From contig OX597821.1 in assembly GCA_951406725.2 (NCBI GenBank), positions 50,282,001 to 50,346,000 of the forward strand: a stretch of DNA of 64,000 nucleotides. The letters are read 5' to 3'. A model generated the notes under the pieces. That model made no database searches, had not been told where the DNA came from, and saw only the letters and a list, made by a program, of their open reading frames with translations. Origin of the DNA: Octopus vulgaris (taxonomy: Eukaryota). The position numbers and the translations under genes were made by a program. The stretch's first letter is position 1; every line of letters begins with the position of its first letter. Of this stretch, positions 63,250 to 64,000 are shown in pieces.

Positions 63250-64000
63250 TATATATATATATATATATATAATATTATTTAAGATAAATAATGAAGAATG
63301 TAATCTGAACAGAGTAGTTTATATGGATAACAGAAGCAATAATCAAAAGAAAAATAGTTACAATAGCGATGATTATGAAGATATCAATATAAATATTTAA
63401 TGTGGATGACAACAGTGCTGCTGTGGCGTTGCAATTCAGCTCTCAGTGAGCAAAGTTTCACAGCCTGGTCTCATCAGTTCTTGGTCATAACTATTTCACT
63501 TCATTTACCTCGTTAATTAATGCTTACAAGTAAGCTACGAGCATCATGTAATTTCATTTCTTCCCACCTCAATCAAAGACCTTGTGTCAGTATCAGAAAT
63601 CAATAGAGCAGCAGTAGAAGTAGAGTAGCAGCAATAGCAGTAGTAGTAGTAGTACAATATCAATCATTTTTATAGTAATATCTATAATTTGGAGAGTCCA
63701 AATGTTATTTCTTGTATTTGGCAACAAGACAAGAATTTTTGTAATTCACTGAATCAATGGATTGAATCTTACTTCCTAGACATCCCCCTACCCCATCCCA
63801 TAAAGAGCTAAGGTGGAGTAAAGTTTTGTAGGATTTGAACCCAGATTTAAATAATTAAATAATGTAAGACATTCACTATTGGTCACTGTGGTATTTCTGC
63901 CATTCCTCTGCAAAAAATATTATGAGGTACAATAAATCAATAGATCAATGAGATCCAATCACAGATGATTGGCGATACGTAAGTTCTGATTCTGAGTTGC

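Overview
Eukaryotic, AT-rich, repeat-saturated non-coding DNA (intronic or intergenic). The SINE families and the density of (TA)n/(CA)n/(GA)n/(TAA)n microsatellites point to a cephalopod, probably Octopus; this is an inference. I found no intact host gene. Content: dozens of tRNA-headed SINE copies in three families; 3' remnants of RTE-type LINEs, one young with an uninterrupted 283-aa ORF; decayed R4/Dong-like, L1/Tx1-like and Penelope-like retroelement fragments; three dead Tc1/mariner elements (DD34D, Tc1-type, DD37D); hAT-, piggyBac- and Tc1-type MITEs; and several minisatellites. Most notable: (1) an orphan WDR36/Utp21-like exon with its splice donor, fused to a (TA)n tract at ~28.9 kb; (2) Penelope-like terminal-repeat elements sitting in (TA)n tracts, forming fold-back or tandem-plus-inverted structures and carrying degenerate minimal hammerhead-ribozyme motifs; (3) patchwork insertions of unrelated fragments at (TA)n tracts, one with an inverted duplication of its own flank. 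Most ORFs in the supplied track are microsatellite or SINE artefacts. Repeat boundaries were read by eye and are approximate unless a TSD or TIR is quoted.
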